Source: an uncultured Clostridiaceae bacterium (GTDB lineage: Bacteria > Bacillota > Clostridia > TANB77 > CAG-465). From it: DNA of 64,000 nt. Location of the stretch: positions 14,631-78,630 of the forward strand of contig CAYJMD010000003.1 of the NCBI GenBank assembly GCA_964371585.1, written 5' to 3'. Both the position numbers and the translations under genes were made by a program. Below, piece after piece: positions 26,732-36,775 of this stretch. A model generated the notes under the pieces. That model had not been told where the DNA came from. It worked only from the letters and a program-made list of their open reading frames with translations, and searched no databases. How positions within the stretch are numbered: the stretch's first letter is position 1; each line of letters begins with the position of its first letter.

Positions 26732-26841
26732 ATTATCACCTCTGACTAAATTATATATTATTTTATTATTTTATGCATTAATAAAAAAGTCTAATTTTAT
26801 TACATCACAAAATCAAACTTTATTTATTATAGTATATTATT

Positions 26842-28206
26842 TTAACTATTAACTAAATTTTTAAAATCTTGACCTCTATGTTCAAAATTTTTATACATAT
26901 CAAAAGATGCACTAGCTGGAGACATTACTACTTTATCATTTGTTTTAGCAAAACTTCTGGCCTCTTTAACAGCTTCTTCCATAGTAGTTACATTTATTAT
27001 TTTAACTTTATTTGAAGTATCATATTTTATAACTGAATCTTCAATTTTACTAGCAGTAGCTCCAAGTAATATTAATACTTTAACAGTCTGTACTATATAT
27101 TTACCTATCTCTTCATATGATATATTTTTATCATATCCTCCTGCTATTAATATTATATCTTCATTAAAAGATTTAAGTCCTGCTATTGTTCTAGCTGGAG
27201 ATGAAGCTATAGAATCATTATACCAATTAATACCATCAGTAGTTTTAACAAGTTCCATTCTATGCTCAACACCTGAAAATGTAGTTATAACATTTACAAT
27301 GTCTTTTATTTTAACCAAATCAAATACTACTGAAATAGCTGCTAGTATATTTGCAACATTGTGAATACCGACAAGTTTTATATCATTTCTATCACATATA
27401 TATTTATTATTGTAATATAATTTATCATCTTTTAAGTATGCTCCATTTTCTATTTCTTGTTCTAAACTAAAGTATTTAATATCTTTTTTATCTTTTATCA
27501 AAGAAACATATGACTCTGTTTCTTTATCATCTAAATTAAATACTACTTTAGAGTTAGGACTAAACATAAATATACTTGCTTTAGCTTGTTTATATTCATC
27601 ATAGTTTGTATGATAATCCAAATGATTTTCTGAAACATTAGTTATAAGTGATATACTTGGACTTTCTTTTAAAGTCATTAGCTGAAAACTACTAAGTTCT
27701 AATACTACTAAATCATTACTTTTTATATCCTCTAGTCTACTAAATAATGGTGTTCCTATATTTCCACCTGTATGTACATTATATCCGGATTCTGTTAATA
27801 TTTCAGATATTATAGTTGTTGTTGTTGTTTTACCATCACTACCAGTTATACCAATGACTTTTGCTTCACTTAATTTTATTACCTCTTCTATTTCAGATGT
27901 TAATATACATCCAGATTCAAGTGCTTTTTTAAATTCTGGTAAGAAAGGTTTTATACCTGGGGATCTAAATATATACTCAAATTTTTCTAAACTGCTTAAA
28001 TATTCTTCACCTAATTTTAAATTTACATTTAAGTTTATTAACTTATTTTTTATATCTTCTGATAAATCTATATTTTTATCACATGCTGTTATGTTTGCTC
28101 CATATTTTGAAAGTGTTTCAATAAGAGGAATGTTACTAATACCAATTCCAAGTACCGCCACTTCTTTATTATTAATCTCTTCTTTAAATCTATCTAATTT
28201 TGTCAT
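26842..28206 (-). CDS. murD: UDP-N-acetylmuramoylalanine--D-glutamate ligase
   Basis: GITGSDGKTTTT P-loop; 454 aa Mur ligase layout. Confidence 0.9.
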   Translation of the reverse strand: MTKLDRFKEEINNKEVAVLGIGISNIPLIETLSKYGANITACDKNIDLSEDIKNKLINLNVNLKLGEEYLSSLEKFEYIFRSPGIKPFLPEFKKALESGCILTSEIEEVIKLSEAKVIGITGSDGKTTTTTIISEILTESGYNVHTGGNIGTPLFSRLEDIKSNDLVVLELSSFQLMTLKESPSISLITNVSENHLDYHTNYDEYKQAKASIFMFSPNSKVVFNLDDKETESYVSLIKDKKDIKYFSLEQEIENGAYLKDDKLYYNNKYICDRNDIKLVGIHNVANILAAISVVFDLVKIKDIVNVITTFSGVEHRMELVKTTDGINWYNDSIASSPARTIAGLKSFNEDIILIAGGYDKNISYEEIGKYIVQTVKVLILLGATASKIEDSVIKYDTSNKVKIINVTTMEEAVKEARSFAKTNDKVVMSPASASFDMYKNFEHRGQDFKNLVNS

Positions 28207-28252
28207 ATTTTATTCACCTACTATATTATATTACACTTTCTATATAATTGCA

Positions 28253-28289
28253 AATAGATAGTAGACATATGATATATCTACTATCTATT
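28253..28289 (-). terminator. hairpin terminator after the DUF1540 gene
   Basis: AATAGATAGTAGA-N11-TCTACTATCTATT, a perfect 13-bp stem. Confidence 0.7.
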
Positions 28290-28314
28290 TAACACTACAA
28301 GAAAACTAATTAAA

Positions 28315-28521
28315 CTATATTTGCTGTTTTCCAGCTAGATGTTCTCTTGTATTTAAATCACCTGAAAAAATATACATTGAACATGCAGTTTCATCTTCAG
28401 GAGTTCTAGGACTTTTAGAATTACATGGACATACTTGTATTTTATCCAATCTACAACTACAATCTTCTAAACAGTTATGCATGCAATCTGTAACATTACA
28501 ATCAATTCTTTGATTACTCAT
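28315..28521 (-). CDS. DUF1540-type cysteine-rich small protein
   Basis: 68 aa with CNVTDCMHN..C..C..C..C pattern. Confidence 0.7.
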   Translation of the reverse strand: MSNQRIDCNVTDCMHNCLEDCSCRLDKIQVCPCNSKSPRTPEDETACSMYIFSGDLNTREHLAGKQQI

Positions 28522-28608
28522 AATATCATCTCCCGTAAATATTATGATTTATTTTTAAAAATTTATACTATTATAATATTTGATTTATTTTTAGTTTCAC
28601 TATTTTAC

Positions 28609-30219
28609 TCAATTTTTATTATTTAATGACTTTATTGAATCTCTTAATTTTCTATGATATGTAATTACAAATCTATGTACTTCATCTTGAACAAATGTTA
28701 AGAAATTAAGTGTAGATTTTTCTTTTAATATAATTTCATTTCCTAAATCATTAATAATTCCTCTTGTCTTATGTTTATCATTTTTAATCATACCATAAAC
28801 TTTTATATCTACATCAGCTTCTTTAACCGCTCTTAGTGCTGCATTTACTTGATTTTTACCACCATCAATTAATATAACTTCTGGATATTCCCATTCTATA
28901 TGTTTAAGTCTTCTTGATAATACTTCATAAATACATTTCGGATCATCTTGAGTATATGTAGATTTTATTTTAAATTTTCTATATAGTTTTTTATTTAATT
29001 TACCATTATCTACTCTAATCATTGCACCAACTATATATTCGTTTTTTAAATTTGAAATATCGTATGATTCTATACTTTGTACATCAAATCCAATTATTTC
29101 TTTTAATTCTTGAAGTTTATCTTCTTTTTCTTCTGTTATATTTATCTTAATATTATTTTCAGCCATCTCTATTAGTTTTAACTTCTCACCTATTTTAGGA
29201 ACTACTACTTCTGAGTTTATTAATAACTCATCAAGTAGCTGCTTTTCATTATCTGCTAATTTTATATATATTTTTTTAGGTATATCTTCTATTTTAGTAT
29301 AATACTGACTTATACATGATAGTAGTATATCATTTAAATCAAGTTTATCTACATCTGAAACTTTAAAATTATCATGGAACGCTATCTTATATCCTCTAAT
29401 CTTAAATATATTAATATGTAATGTATTTTCATTTAAAATATATCCAATTACATCTGTAGAAATTTCGTTTAAATTATCCATACTCTGTTTAGTATTTATT
29501 TTAATTATATCTTCTAAACGTTTTTTAAGAGTATTTGCTTTTTCAAATTCTAAACTTTCAATGCATTTGTCTATCTCACTTTTAATAATATTTTCAATCT
29601 CTTTTGTTTTTCCATTCAAAAACATTATTATCTGGCTTATCATTTCTTTATATTGCTCTTTATTTATATCATTTTTACAGGGTCCAAGACATCTTCCTAT
29701 ATGATAATACAAACACGTATCTACTTTTGTTTTGGATAAATTATGTTTGCATCTTTTAACAGGAAATAGTTCTTTAATCATACTAAGAACTTCACGTATA
29801 CTGTGAACTGAAGTATATGGTCCAAAATACATAGCTTTATCATTTGATTTTTTTCTTGTAATATACATAGTTGGATATTCATCATTAATAGTTACTTTTA
29901 AATATGGATATGACTTATCATCTCGTAACATTACATTAAATTTAGGATTTAAACTTTTAATATAGTTACACTCAAGAAGAAGTGCTTCTACTTCATTTCT
30001 TGTTACTATATATTCAATATTATGTACTAAAGTAGTCATTTTAATTATTCTTTCTGATTTTACAGTTTTATTAAAATAACTACTAACTCTATTTCTAAGT
30101 ACTATAGCTTTACCTACATATATTACTTTATTATCTATATCTTTCATCATATATATACCTGGTTCTTTAGGTATATTTTTAATTATTTCTTTTATTTTAA
30201 TTATTCTTTTATCTTCCAT
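28609..30219 (-). CDS. uvrC: excinuclease ABC subunit C, lacking the C-terminal (HhH)2 domain
   Basis: GIY-YIG N-terminus (PGIYMMKD..VIYVGKA). Ends 12 aa after DEVHRFVITYHRKLR. Start set at MEDKR (30219); this is uncertain because no SD is visible. Confidence 0.85.
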   Translation of the reverse strand: MEDKRIIKIKEIIKNIPKEPGIYMMKDIDNKVIYVGKAIVLRNRVSSYFNKTVKSERIIKMTTLVHNIEYIVTRNEVEALLLECNYIKSLNPKFNVMLRDDKSYPYLKVTINDEYPTMYITRKKSNDKAMYFGPYTSVHSIREVLSMIKELFPVKRCKHNLSKTKVDTCLYYHIGRCLGPCKNDINKEQYKEMISQIIMFLNGKTKEIENIIKSEIDKCIESLEFEKANTLKKRLEDIIKINTKQSMDNLNEISTDVIGYILNENTLHINIFKIRGYKIAFHDNFKVSDVDKLDLNDILLSCISQYYTKIEDIPKKIYIKLADNEKQLLDELLINSEVVVPKIGEKLKLIEMAENNIKINITEEKEDKLQELKEIIGFDVQSIESYDISNLKNEYIVGAMIRVDNGKLNKKLYRKFKIKSTYTQDDPKCIYEVLSRRLKHIEWEYPEVILIDGGKNQVNAALRAVKEADVDIKVYGMIKNDKHKTRGIINDLGNEIILKEKSTLNFLTFVQDEVHRFVITYHRKLRDSIKSLNNKN

Positions 30220-30255
30220 GGTATAAGTATAGCATAACATTTGAAGTTTTGTCAA

Positions 30256-31126
30256 CTAAATAGCAAATGCTTCTTTTATTTTATCAATATTGTTTTTAGT
30301 AACCATATATCCAATATTTGCTGCATAACTCGCTTTAGAACATTCAAGAAGTGATACATTTCCCATTTTAATATTTACTATATAGTCTGACATATCAAAT
30401 TGTCTATAGTCTGATTCATGTCCCATAATATCAAAAGATTTTAAAGTAACATCAACAATATTAAAATTACACATTTCAGCTTTTTTGGAATCATCAAAAG
30501 ATATTGTTATGACTTTAGTAGCTCCCATATCTTTTAATACCTTAACTGGAGTATTCATTCTTACTCCTCCATCTATCAAATATTTTCCATTTAAATACTT
30601 CGGTTCAAATACACAAGGTAAACTACTACTAGCTCTTACAATACTAGCTATATCTCCGTACATATTCATAACAAACACTCTCATCATAATATTCTTCATT
30701 TCTTATTTTTGTATTTAAAAAATATACAAGCTGTCCTGTTTTTATATCAACTGCTGGAATTGCTAGTGGCTTTTTTATATCTGAAATATCTTTTACTTTC
30801 TTTCTTAAACTAAATTCTCTAATAATGCTTTCCAAATTTTTACCCCTAGCTAAGCCTTTTAACTTTATTTTACCAGTAAATGCCATACCAAGTATTTTAA
30901 AAGGTATCATCTTATCAAAATCAGTTATGTTGCTACAATAATTTTTAAACATATATAACATTTGCATTGGAGTATATCCCATTGCATACATACTTGCTAC
31001 TATACTACCGCTACTACATCCTGATATATAATCAATTTGTATTCCAGATTCTTCTAAAGCTTTTATAACACCAATATGAGCTGCCCCTTTTACTCCTCCA
31101 CCAGATAAGCAAAGTCCTATTCTCAT
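30256..31126 (-). pseudogene. patatin-like phospholipase split by a 1-nt frameshift
   Basis: ORF 31126-30644 carries GGGVKGAAHIG and GCSSG. ORF 30699-30256 (+1 frame) carries YGDIASIVRASSSLP and DGG. The frames overlap at 30644-30699. Confidence 0.7.
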
Positions 31127-31189
31127 TATATTTCCCTCCTTTATACTATTTTATGTTCTAGCTAATATTTATGTTATACATATTAAAAA

Positions 31190-31221
31190 AATAGCCAATA
31201 ACATTAAAGTTATTGACTATT
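31190..31221 (-). terminator. rho-independent terminator after the LRR surface protein gene
   Basis: AATAGCCAATAAC-N6-GTTATTGACTATT (one mismatch), with a T-run on the minus strand. Confidence 0.7.
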
Positions 31222-31237
31222 TTAATTATATCATTAT

Positions 31238-32836
31238 TTATTCAACAATTATTTTTGAATATACAGGAAAACCTGAAAGTTTATCAGCACTTGCCTGATC
31301 TGCAACATATAATCCATCTGCTAGGATACATCTTGCAAATGTATCTTCAAAATTACTTACTTTTGTAAGATCAAATGATCTTAAATTTAAGTCTCTAAGA
31401 CTTATACAATCTTCAAATGTAGATTTTAAACTTGTTACTTTAGATATATCAAATGATTTAACATCTAAATATTCTAAAGCTGTACACCCACTGAACATAC
31501 CTTCCATGTTTGTTAAACTATCTGTATTAAATTTAGATAAATCAAGTTGTATAATATCTTGACAATCTGCAAACATTTCTGTCATATCTGTTACTTTTGA
31601 AGTATTTAACATACTTACATCTATAGTTTCTAAACTATTAGTATTAGCAAACATTCTACTCATGTCTGTTACTTTTTCTGTATTAAAAGAACTAAGATCT
31701 AAAGTTTTTAATTTTGACATATTTTCAAACATTCCTGACATATCAGTTACGTTCATGGTAGTTAAATTTGTAACATCTAAAGTTGTAATACCTTGAACAC
31801 CTTTAAACATATCAGACATATCTGTTACGTTTAATGTATCAAAACTAGTTATATCCAGTTGTTTTAAACTACTACAACCACTAAACATTTCTTTCATGCT
31901 AGTTACATATTTAGTATCAAATTTTGATAAATCAAGTTCTGTTAATGAATAACAATCTTTAAACATTGCATCCATTTCTGCAGCTTTACTTGTATCTATA
32001 GCACTTAAGTCTATAGTAGTAAGTGAATTACAACCACTAAACATCATTGACATTTTATATGTTTCAGATGTATTGAAATTGTTTAACTGAATTTCTTTAA
32101 CATTTTTGAAATCTTTAAATATGCCTATATTGCTAGCTGTTTCTCCTAACACTTCTGGTGCTAGTATAACATATCTAGATTCAACATGTAATGTATTTTC
32201 ACTGTCTATCCAACCAACGATTGGTTTTGAAGAATCTTTAGCTAAATCATATTTAACTGATGCTGTTTCGTATCCTTCTGAAATACCTTTATTAAATACT
32301 ATTTTTGTTACATTTTTATCAACTTTAGAGTTGAAATCTTGTGCTGAAATCATTTCACTAAATATGATTGAATTACCAGCTTTTTCATAATCTGTTATAG
32401 CTTCACTAGCCCATAACTTTTCATTTTCAATATTACCAACATATGCAAGTTTACCATCAACTATATTTAGTTTTTCTGCAAATATTGCATCATCTTTTAA
32501 ATCTGGGAATAACTCTTGTATTCCATTTCCTATAACTACACCATTATATACTGTATTATGCATATCTGCATCTAATAGTTTTTCATCATAATCTTCACTT
32601 ATTGCATTACTTGTTGCAATGTAATCAGCAAGTTCTGATAAATAAAGTGTAAGACCAACTTTAAACTGACCTTCATCACTTAAAGCATTGTTACTATTAT
32701 TGTTAAGTGAATTCATTAATATTACTGCACCAACAATGAAAGTAAGTAATGCTAAAACTATTATAACAATGATAGTTATAGATACTACTGACATGTTTCT
32801 AGAACATCCCTTAGTAGCTTTACCCTCTTTTTTCAT
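31238..32836 (-). CDS. BspA/DUF285-type leucine-rich-repeat surface protein with N-terminal TM anchor
   Basis: ATG 32836 after a GGAGG SD. About ten 25-aa repeats of the form L.LS.F.TS.VTDM..MF..C.SL. Confidence 0.8.
   Translation of the reverse strand: MKKEGKATKGCSRNMSVVSITIIVIIVLALLTFIVGAVILMNSLNNNSNNALSDEGQFKVGLTLYLSELADYIATSNAISEDYDEKLLDADMHNTVYNGVVIGNGIQELFPDLKDDAIFAEKLNIVDGKLAYVGNIENEKLWASEAITDYEKAGNSIIFSEMISAQDFNSKVDKNVTKIVFNKGISEGYETASVKYDLAKDSSKPIVGWIDSENTLHVESRYVILAPEVLGETASNIGIFKDFKNVKEIQLNNFNTSETYKMSMMFSGCNSLTTIDLSAIDTSKAAEMDAMFKDCYSLTELDLSKFDTKYVTSMKEMFSGCSSLKQLDITSFDTLNVTDMSDMFKGVQGITTLDVTNLTTMNVTDMSGMFENMSKLKTLDLSSFNTEKVTDMSRMFANTNSLETIDVSMLNTSKVTDMTEMFADCQDIIQLDLSKFNTDSLTNMEGMFSGCTALEYLDVKSFDISKVTSLKSTFEDCISLRDLNLRSFDLTKVSNFEDTFARCILADGLYVADQASADKLSGFPVYSKIIVE
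31328..32131 (-). repeat. ~75-nt coding tandem repeats (LRR units)
   Basis: Repeats read from the translation, residues ~241-508 of the track ORF. Confidence 0.75.
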
Positions 32837-32932
32837 AAAATATACCTCCAACTTCTTATAACAAAATTATTATATCACAAAGATTTTTTTTTTACAACAA
32901 ATTTTTTTAAATTAAATTTCATTTTAACAATT

Positions 32933-32949
32933 TGTAATATAAGTGTAAT
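32933..32949 (+). promoter_or_regulatory. TGTAAT-N5-TGTAAT direct repeat (WalR-consensus-like box), copy 3
   Basis: TGTAATATAAGTGTAAT lies upstream of the LRR surface protein gene. It could be a chance match. Confidence 0.25.
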
Positions 32950-32960
32950 ATTATATAAAA

Positions 32961-32991
32961 AATCACAATACAAGTAGTTTGTATTGTGATT
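32961..32991 (-). terminator. rho-independent terminator after sbp
   Basis: AATCACAATACAA-N5-TTGTATTGTGATT, with a T-run on the minus strand. Confidence 0.75.
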
Positions 32992-32997
32992 TGTTTA

Positions 32998-33357
32998 CTA
33001 AACTTTTTTATGGACTTTTTCTTCAATTTTGTCTATATATATTCTTCTTATTGTTGAGAAATTATTAAGCATCCTTGAGCTAAATACTATAACTGCTGCA
33101 AGATAAGTATCAACATCTAGTTCTTCTCCTATAAATACAAGTATCATAGATATAATTGCATTACCAAAAAATCCAGATATAAATACTTTTAAACTAAATT
33201 TTTTATCTGTATTAGCAGCATATGCTCCAAACACAGAGTCTAAACAAGCTAAAATTGCTACAGCTACATATTTAGAATACATATATGGAATTTCAAAATT
33301 CATTCCTGTAAGTATACCAAGTAGTATACTTATTACTATAATTATTATTCCTACCAT
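32998..33357 (-). CDS. sbp: small basic protein (DUF1290, Sbp-like)
   Basis: 119 aa membrane protein with a LACLDSVFGAYAA motif, downstream of a DUF881 gene as in Bacillus ylxW-sbp. Confidence 0.7.
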   Translation of the reverse strand: MVGIIIIVISILLGILTGMNFEIPYMYSKYVAVAILACLDSVFGAYAANTDKKFSLKVFISGFFGNAIISMILVFIGEELDVDTYLAAVIVFSSRMLNNFSTIRRIYIDKIEEKVHKKV

Positions 33358-33369
33358 ACTGCACCTTCC

Positions 33370-34206
33370 TTACTCATTTATAATCGTAGAATTTTCAATG
33401 TTTAATATACCACTGAATTTGGGTACATAAACTTCATCTTCACGTCTTACTTCAACTTGAACTCCAATACTTTTTAATAAATCTGCTACACCATTTTTTA
33501 TATTGATTGCACTTTCTAAATACTGTGCATTACCTATTGCATGTATTACAAAAGGTGCTGCTATTGTTTGGTAATTTATTTGAATTATTGGTCCTACACA
33601 TCTAATTGCTGACATTGAAGTTATTCTTTGACCATTTACACTTATAGCTTCTGCTCCTGCTGCTTTTAGCTCATTTACAACAGTTAATATATCGCTATCA
33701 TGTACAATTGAATCTGATCTAAGTTCTGGCTCTAAAGCTTTATCTCCATCATCTAAAGTAATTATTATACCTGGGCCAGTAAGATCTGTTGTTCCAGAAT
33801 AAATACTAAGTTTCTTTATCTCTTCTTCCATAGATGCAATAAGCTCAGAATTAGTTGTAGTATTTGATTTATACTCTGTTACTATTTTTTCACTCTGCTC
33901 GTACTTAAGTTCTAAATCATCATATAGTCTTTGAAGAGTAACTAAATCATCAATAAGCTCTGTTTCTCTTTTATCCTGAGTAAACTCAGTTGTTATATTA
34001 ACTGTTTTAACTTGTGCAGTAAGCATAAGTGCTAGTATAAAAATAGGAATAGCTATAAATAAATATGGAATAACCGAATGTTTCTTTATAAATCCTTTTA
34101 TGCTAAATTTTTCTGTTTCTTCTTTCAAACTTATCACCATCTCTTTATCATTACTATTATACATCAATATTTGATTAAAATCAAACATAATATCTATTTT
34201 TATCAC
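33370..34206 (-). CDS. DUF881-family division-associated protein
   Basis: TM segment, then TGPGIIITLDDG and VVNELKAAGAEAISVNGQRI motifs. The exact start is uncertain. Confidence 0.75.
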   Translation of the reverse strand: MIKIDIMFDFNQILMYNSNDKEMVISLKEETEKFSIKGFIKKHSVIPYLFIAIPIFILALMLTAQVKTVNITTEFTQDKRETELIDDLVTLQRLYDDLELKYEQSEKIVTEYKSNTTTNSELIASMEEEIKKLSIYSGTTDLTGPGIIITLDDGDKALEPELRSDSIVHDSDILTVVNELKAAGAEAISVNGQRITSMSAIRCVGPIIQINYQTIAAPFVIHAIGNAQYLESAINIKNGVADLLKSIGVQVEVRREDEVYVPKFSGILNIENSTIINE

Positions 34207-34275
34207 CTTATATTAATCATATATTTAAATATATATATTATTGTGATATAATATGTATATATTTTGGAGGTAATT

Positions 34276-34815
34276 ATGAAAAAAAATATATTATACATTG
34301 CTATGTCACTTGATGGATATATAGCAAAATCTAATAATTCTGTTGAATTCCTATCTGGAGATTTCAGTGATCCAGAAAACATGGGAAGTTTTGAGTCATT
34401 TAATATGACAGTAGATACTGTAGTTTTAGGATATAATACATATCATGAAATAGTTACAAATCTATCAAAAGACGTTTGGCCATATGAAGATAAGCACACT
34501 TATGTACTTACAAGTAGAGACATTCCAAATACTAATAATATAACATTTATTAATACTGATGTTAAATCACTTGTTGATCTTATAAATAAAAACAACAATG
34601 ATGAAACAAAATCTATTTGGGTATGTGGAGGAGCTTATGTAGTAAATCAGTTTTTAGAAAATGACTTACTTGATGAAATAACAATTTCTGTTATTCCTAC
34701 AATTTTAGGAAATGGTATCAAACTATTTAACAATTCAGATATTGAAAAAAAACTCAAATTAAAATCTACAATGTCATATAATGGAATAGTTGATTTAACA
34801 TATATCAAAAGATAA
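34276..34815 (+). CDS. dihydrofolate reductase-family (RibD C-terminal domain) protein
   Basis: ATG 34276 after a GGAGG SD; ILYIAMSLDGYIA motif. Confidence 0.75.
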   Translation: MKKNILYIAMSLDGYIAKSNNSVEFLSGDFSDPENMGSFESFNMTVDTVVLGYNTYHEIVTNLSKDVWPYEDKHTYVLTSRDIPNTNNITFINTDVKSLVDLINKNNNDETKSIWVCGGAYVVNQFLENDLLDEITISVIPTILGNGIKLFNNSDIEKKLKLKSTMSYNGIVDLTYIKR

Positions 34816-34830
34816 AAAGGAGAATATTTT

Positions 34831-35097
34831 ATGCTTATATTATTTGGATTTTCAGTAATATTTTTAATACTATATATTATATATAATATCTTAGTTTTTA
34901 TAGGACTTATTGTTGCACTTACTCACTATTTAAAAAAGAAAAAAGAACCTTTTGCTCTAGTACTAATAAGTTTTCTTTTTATAGTTCTAATATTACTTAA
35001 TCTACATATGTTAGAGCAAGTGTTTTTAATTGATTATTTAGCGCTTTTACAAATTCCAATTGACTTTATAAATAACTTTATCACATATCTTTTTTGA
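34831..35097 (+). CDS. small hydrophobic membrane protein
   Basis: 88 aa with an AAGGAGA SD and three hydrophobic segments. Confidence 0.45.
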   Translation: MLILFGFSVIFLILYIIYNILVFIGLIVALTHYLKKKKEPFALVLISFLFIVLILLNLHMLEQVFLIDYLALLQIPIDFINNFITYLF

Positions 35098-35153
35098 TAT
35101 GTGATATTTTTATTAGTAATATTATTTTTTTCTATTGCATTTACTATAGTATA

Positions 35154-36173
35154 ATGAAAGTTGGTAATAATTTGAAAGTACTACTATATACAGAAAATCT
35201 TAAACTAATCAGAAAATCTGGACTTGGAAAAGCTATACATCATCAAAAAGAAGCTCTTAGATTAAGCAATGTTGAATACACAACTAACCCTAAAGATAAC
35301 TATGATATAGCTCATATAAATTTCTTTGGTATCAAAAGTTATATCTTAGCTAAAAAAGCTAAAAAACAAGGAAAAAAAATAGTGTATCATGCTCACAGTA
35401 CAAAAGAAGATTTAGAAAACTCATTTATTTTTTCTAATAGAATAGCTCCCTATTTTAAAATATGGATTGAAAAATGTTATTCTTTAGGTGACTGTATAAT
35501 AACTCCTACTCCCTATTCTAAAAAACTACTAGAAAGTTATAATATATCAAATAGAATTGAAGCAATTTCTAATGGAGTTGATCTAAATAAGTTTAAGAAA
35601 AATATAAATCACAAATCAAAGTTTAGAGAAAAATACAATATAGATGAAAATGATAAAGTTGTTATTGGAATTGGACTATATATAGAAAGAAAAGGAATTT
35701 TAGATTTTGTTCAGCTTGCCAAACGTTTACCTAATTATAAGTTTATATGGTTTGGATATAGTCCTCTTAATTTATCACCTAAAAAAATTCGTAATGCTGT
35801 AAATACAAAACTTCATAACCTTATATTTGCTGGATATGTAAAACAAGAAATGATAATAGAAGCAATGAATGGAGCAGATATTTATATATGCCCTACTTTT
35901 GAAGAAACAGAAGGTATTCCTGTTTTAGAAGCATGTGCATGTAAAATAAATACAATAGTACGAGACATACCTGTTTTTAATACTTGGCTTAAAGATAATG
36001 AAAATATTTATAAAGCTAAAGATATTAATGAATTTGAAGAAAAAATAAATTTATTATTGAATGGTAAATTACCTTCTCTTGTTGAAAAAGGATACATAAC
36101 TGCAAAGGAAAGGAATCTAAAACTAATAGGTAAACAATTACTAAATGTATATTCTGATGTATTAAAATTTTAA
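35154..36173 (+). CDS. GT4-family glycosyltransferase
   Basis: EETEGIPVLEACACK (E-x7-E region). The start is uncertain: ATG 35154 or TTG 35172, both with weak SD. Confidence 0.8.
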   Translation: MKVGNNLKVLLYTENLKLIRKSGLGKAIHHQKEALRLSNVEYTTNPKDNYDIAHINFFGIKSYILAKKAKKQGKKIVYHAHSTKEDLENSFIFSNRIAPYFKIWIEKCYSLGDCIITPTPYSKKLLESYNISNRIEAISNGVDLNKFKKNINHKSKFREKYNIDENDKVVIGIGLYIERKGILDFVQLAKRLPNYKFIWFGYSPLNLSPKKIRNAVNTKLHNLIFAGYVKQEMIIEAMNGADIYICPTFEETEGIPVLEACACKINTIVRDIPVFNTWLKDNENIYKAKDINEFEEKINLLLNGKLPSLVEKGYITAKERNLKLIGKQLLNVYSDVLKF

Positions 36174-36257
36174 TTTTATTTTATATTGACACTCATGATA
36201 TAATACATTACATAACTATATTACACCACTTTATAACTATTAAAGGAGAAATTGCAT

Positions 36258-36725
36258 ATGAGTAAAAAGAAAAAACAAAAAGTAAATAATAATAATAATA
36301 ATACACGGAAAAAATTAGATTTTAAAACACTTTATCATATTCTACATGATAAAACTAGTACTTCTGAAACTTTTAATGCTTCAAAAATAGACACTATAAT
36401 TAAAGAAGTTGATACGATAAATAATCCTTTTAGAGGTTATGATTGCGGACCTAAGGACTATGTTGAAACATGTTACTTATGTAGAAAATTCTATTATGAA
36501 ACAGAGCTATATAGTGTAGCCAAAAGACCTGTATGCTGGAATTGTTTAGACGCCAGTACTATGATTAATAGAATTCATGATGAGTTAAAACAAATTTATC
36601 CTAAAATGAGTAGCTATTATTTTTTAGAAACTTGTGCTTTATGTGGAGAAAGACACATATATCCAAATTTATACAACATTGCTGGTTATCCTGTATGTAA
36701 AAAATGTGTTGATAGATTTAAATAA
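36258..36725 (+). CDS. hypothetical protein with duplicated four-Cys zinc-ribbon unit
   Basis: ATG after an AAAGGAGA SD. CYLCRKFYYETELYSVAKRPVCWNC (36471-36545) and CALCGERHIYPNLYNIAGYPVCKKC (36633-36707). Confidence 0.6.
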   Translation: MSKKKKQKVNNNNNNTRKKLDFKTLYHILHDKTSTSETFNASKIDTIIKEVDTINNPFRGYDCGPKDYVETCYLCRKFYYETELYSVAKRPVCWNCLDASTMINRIHDELKQIYPKMSSYYFLETCALCGERHIYPNLYNIAGYPVCKKCVDRFK

Positions 36726-36775
36726 AACATTATCTACAAAAGAAATAACTAAATTTATTACTATTTATTTTACTT

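Noticed and set aside
32832-32850. 19-nt identity TTCATAAAATATACCTCCA with 59427-59445, considered as a possible repeat or mobile-element end.
   Set aside because: Both copies are simply SD (GGAGGT) plus spacer plus ATG plus a lysine/asparagine codon of two unrelated genes. The similarity does not extend on either side.
36174-36257. TTGACA and TATAAT hexamers upstream of the zinc-ribbon gene.
   Set aside because: They are only 7 nt apart, so they cannot form one promoter. The TATAAT (with a TGa extension) may work alone, but I could not support a -35 and therefore did not call it.
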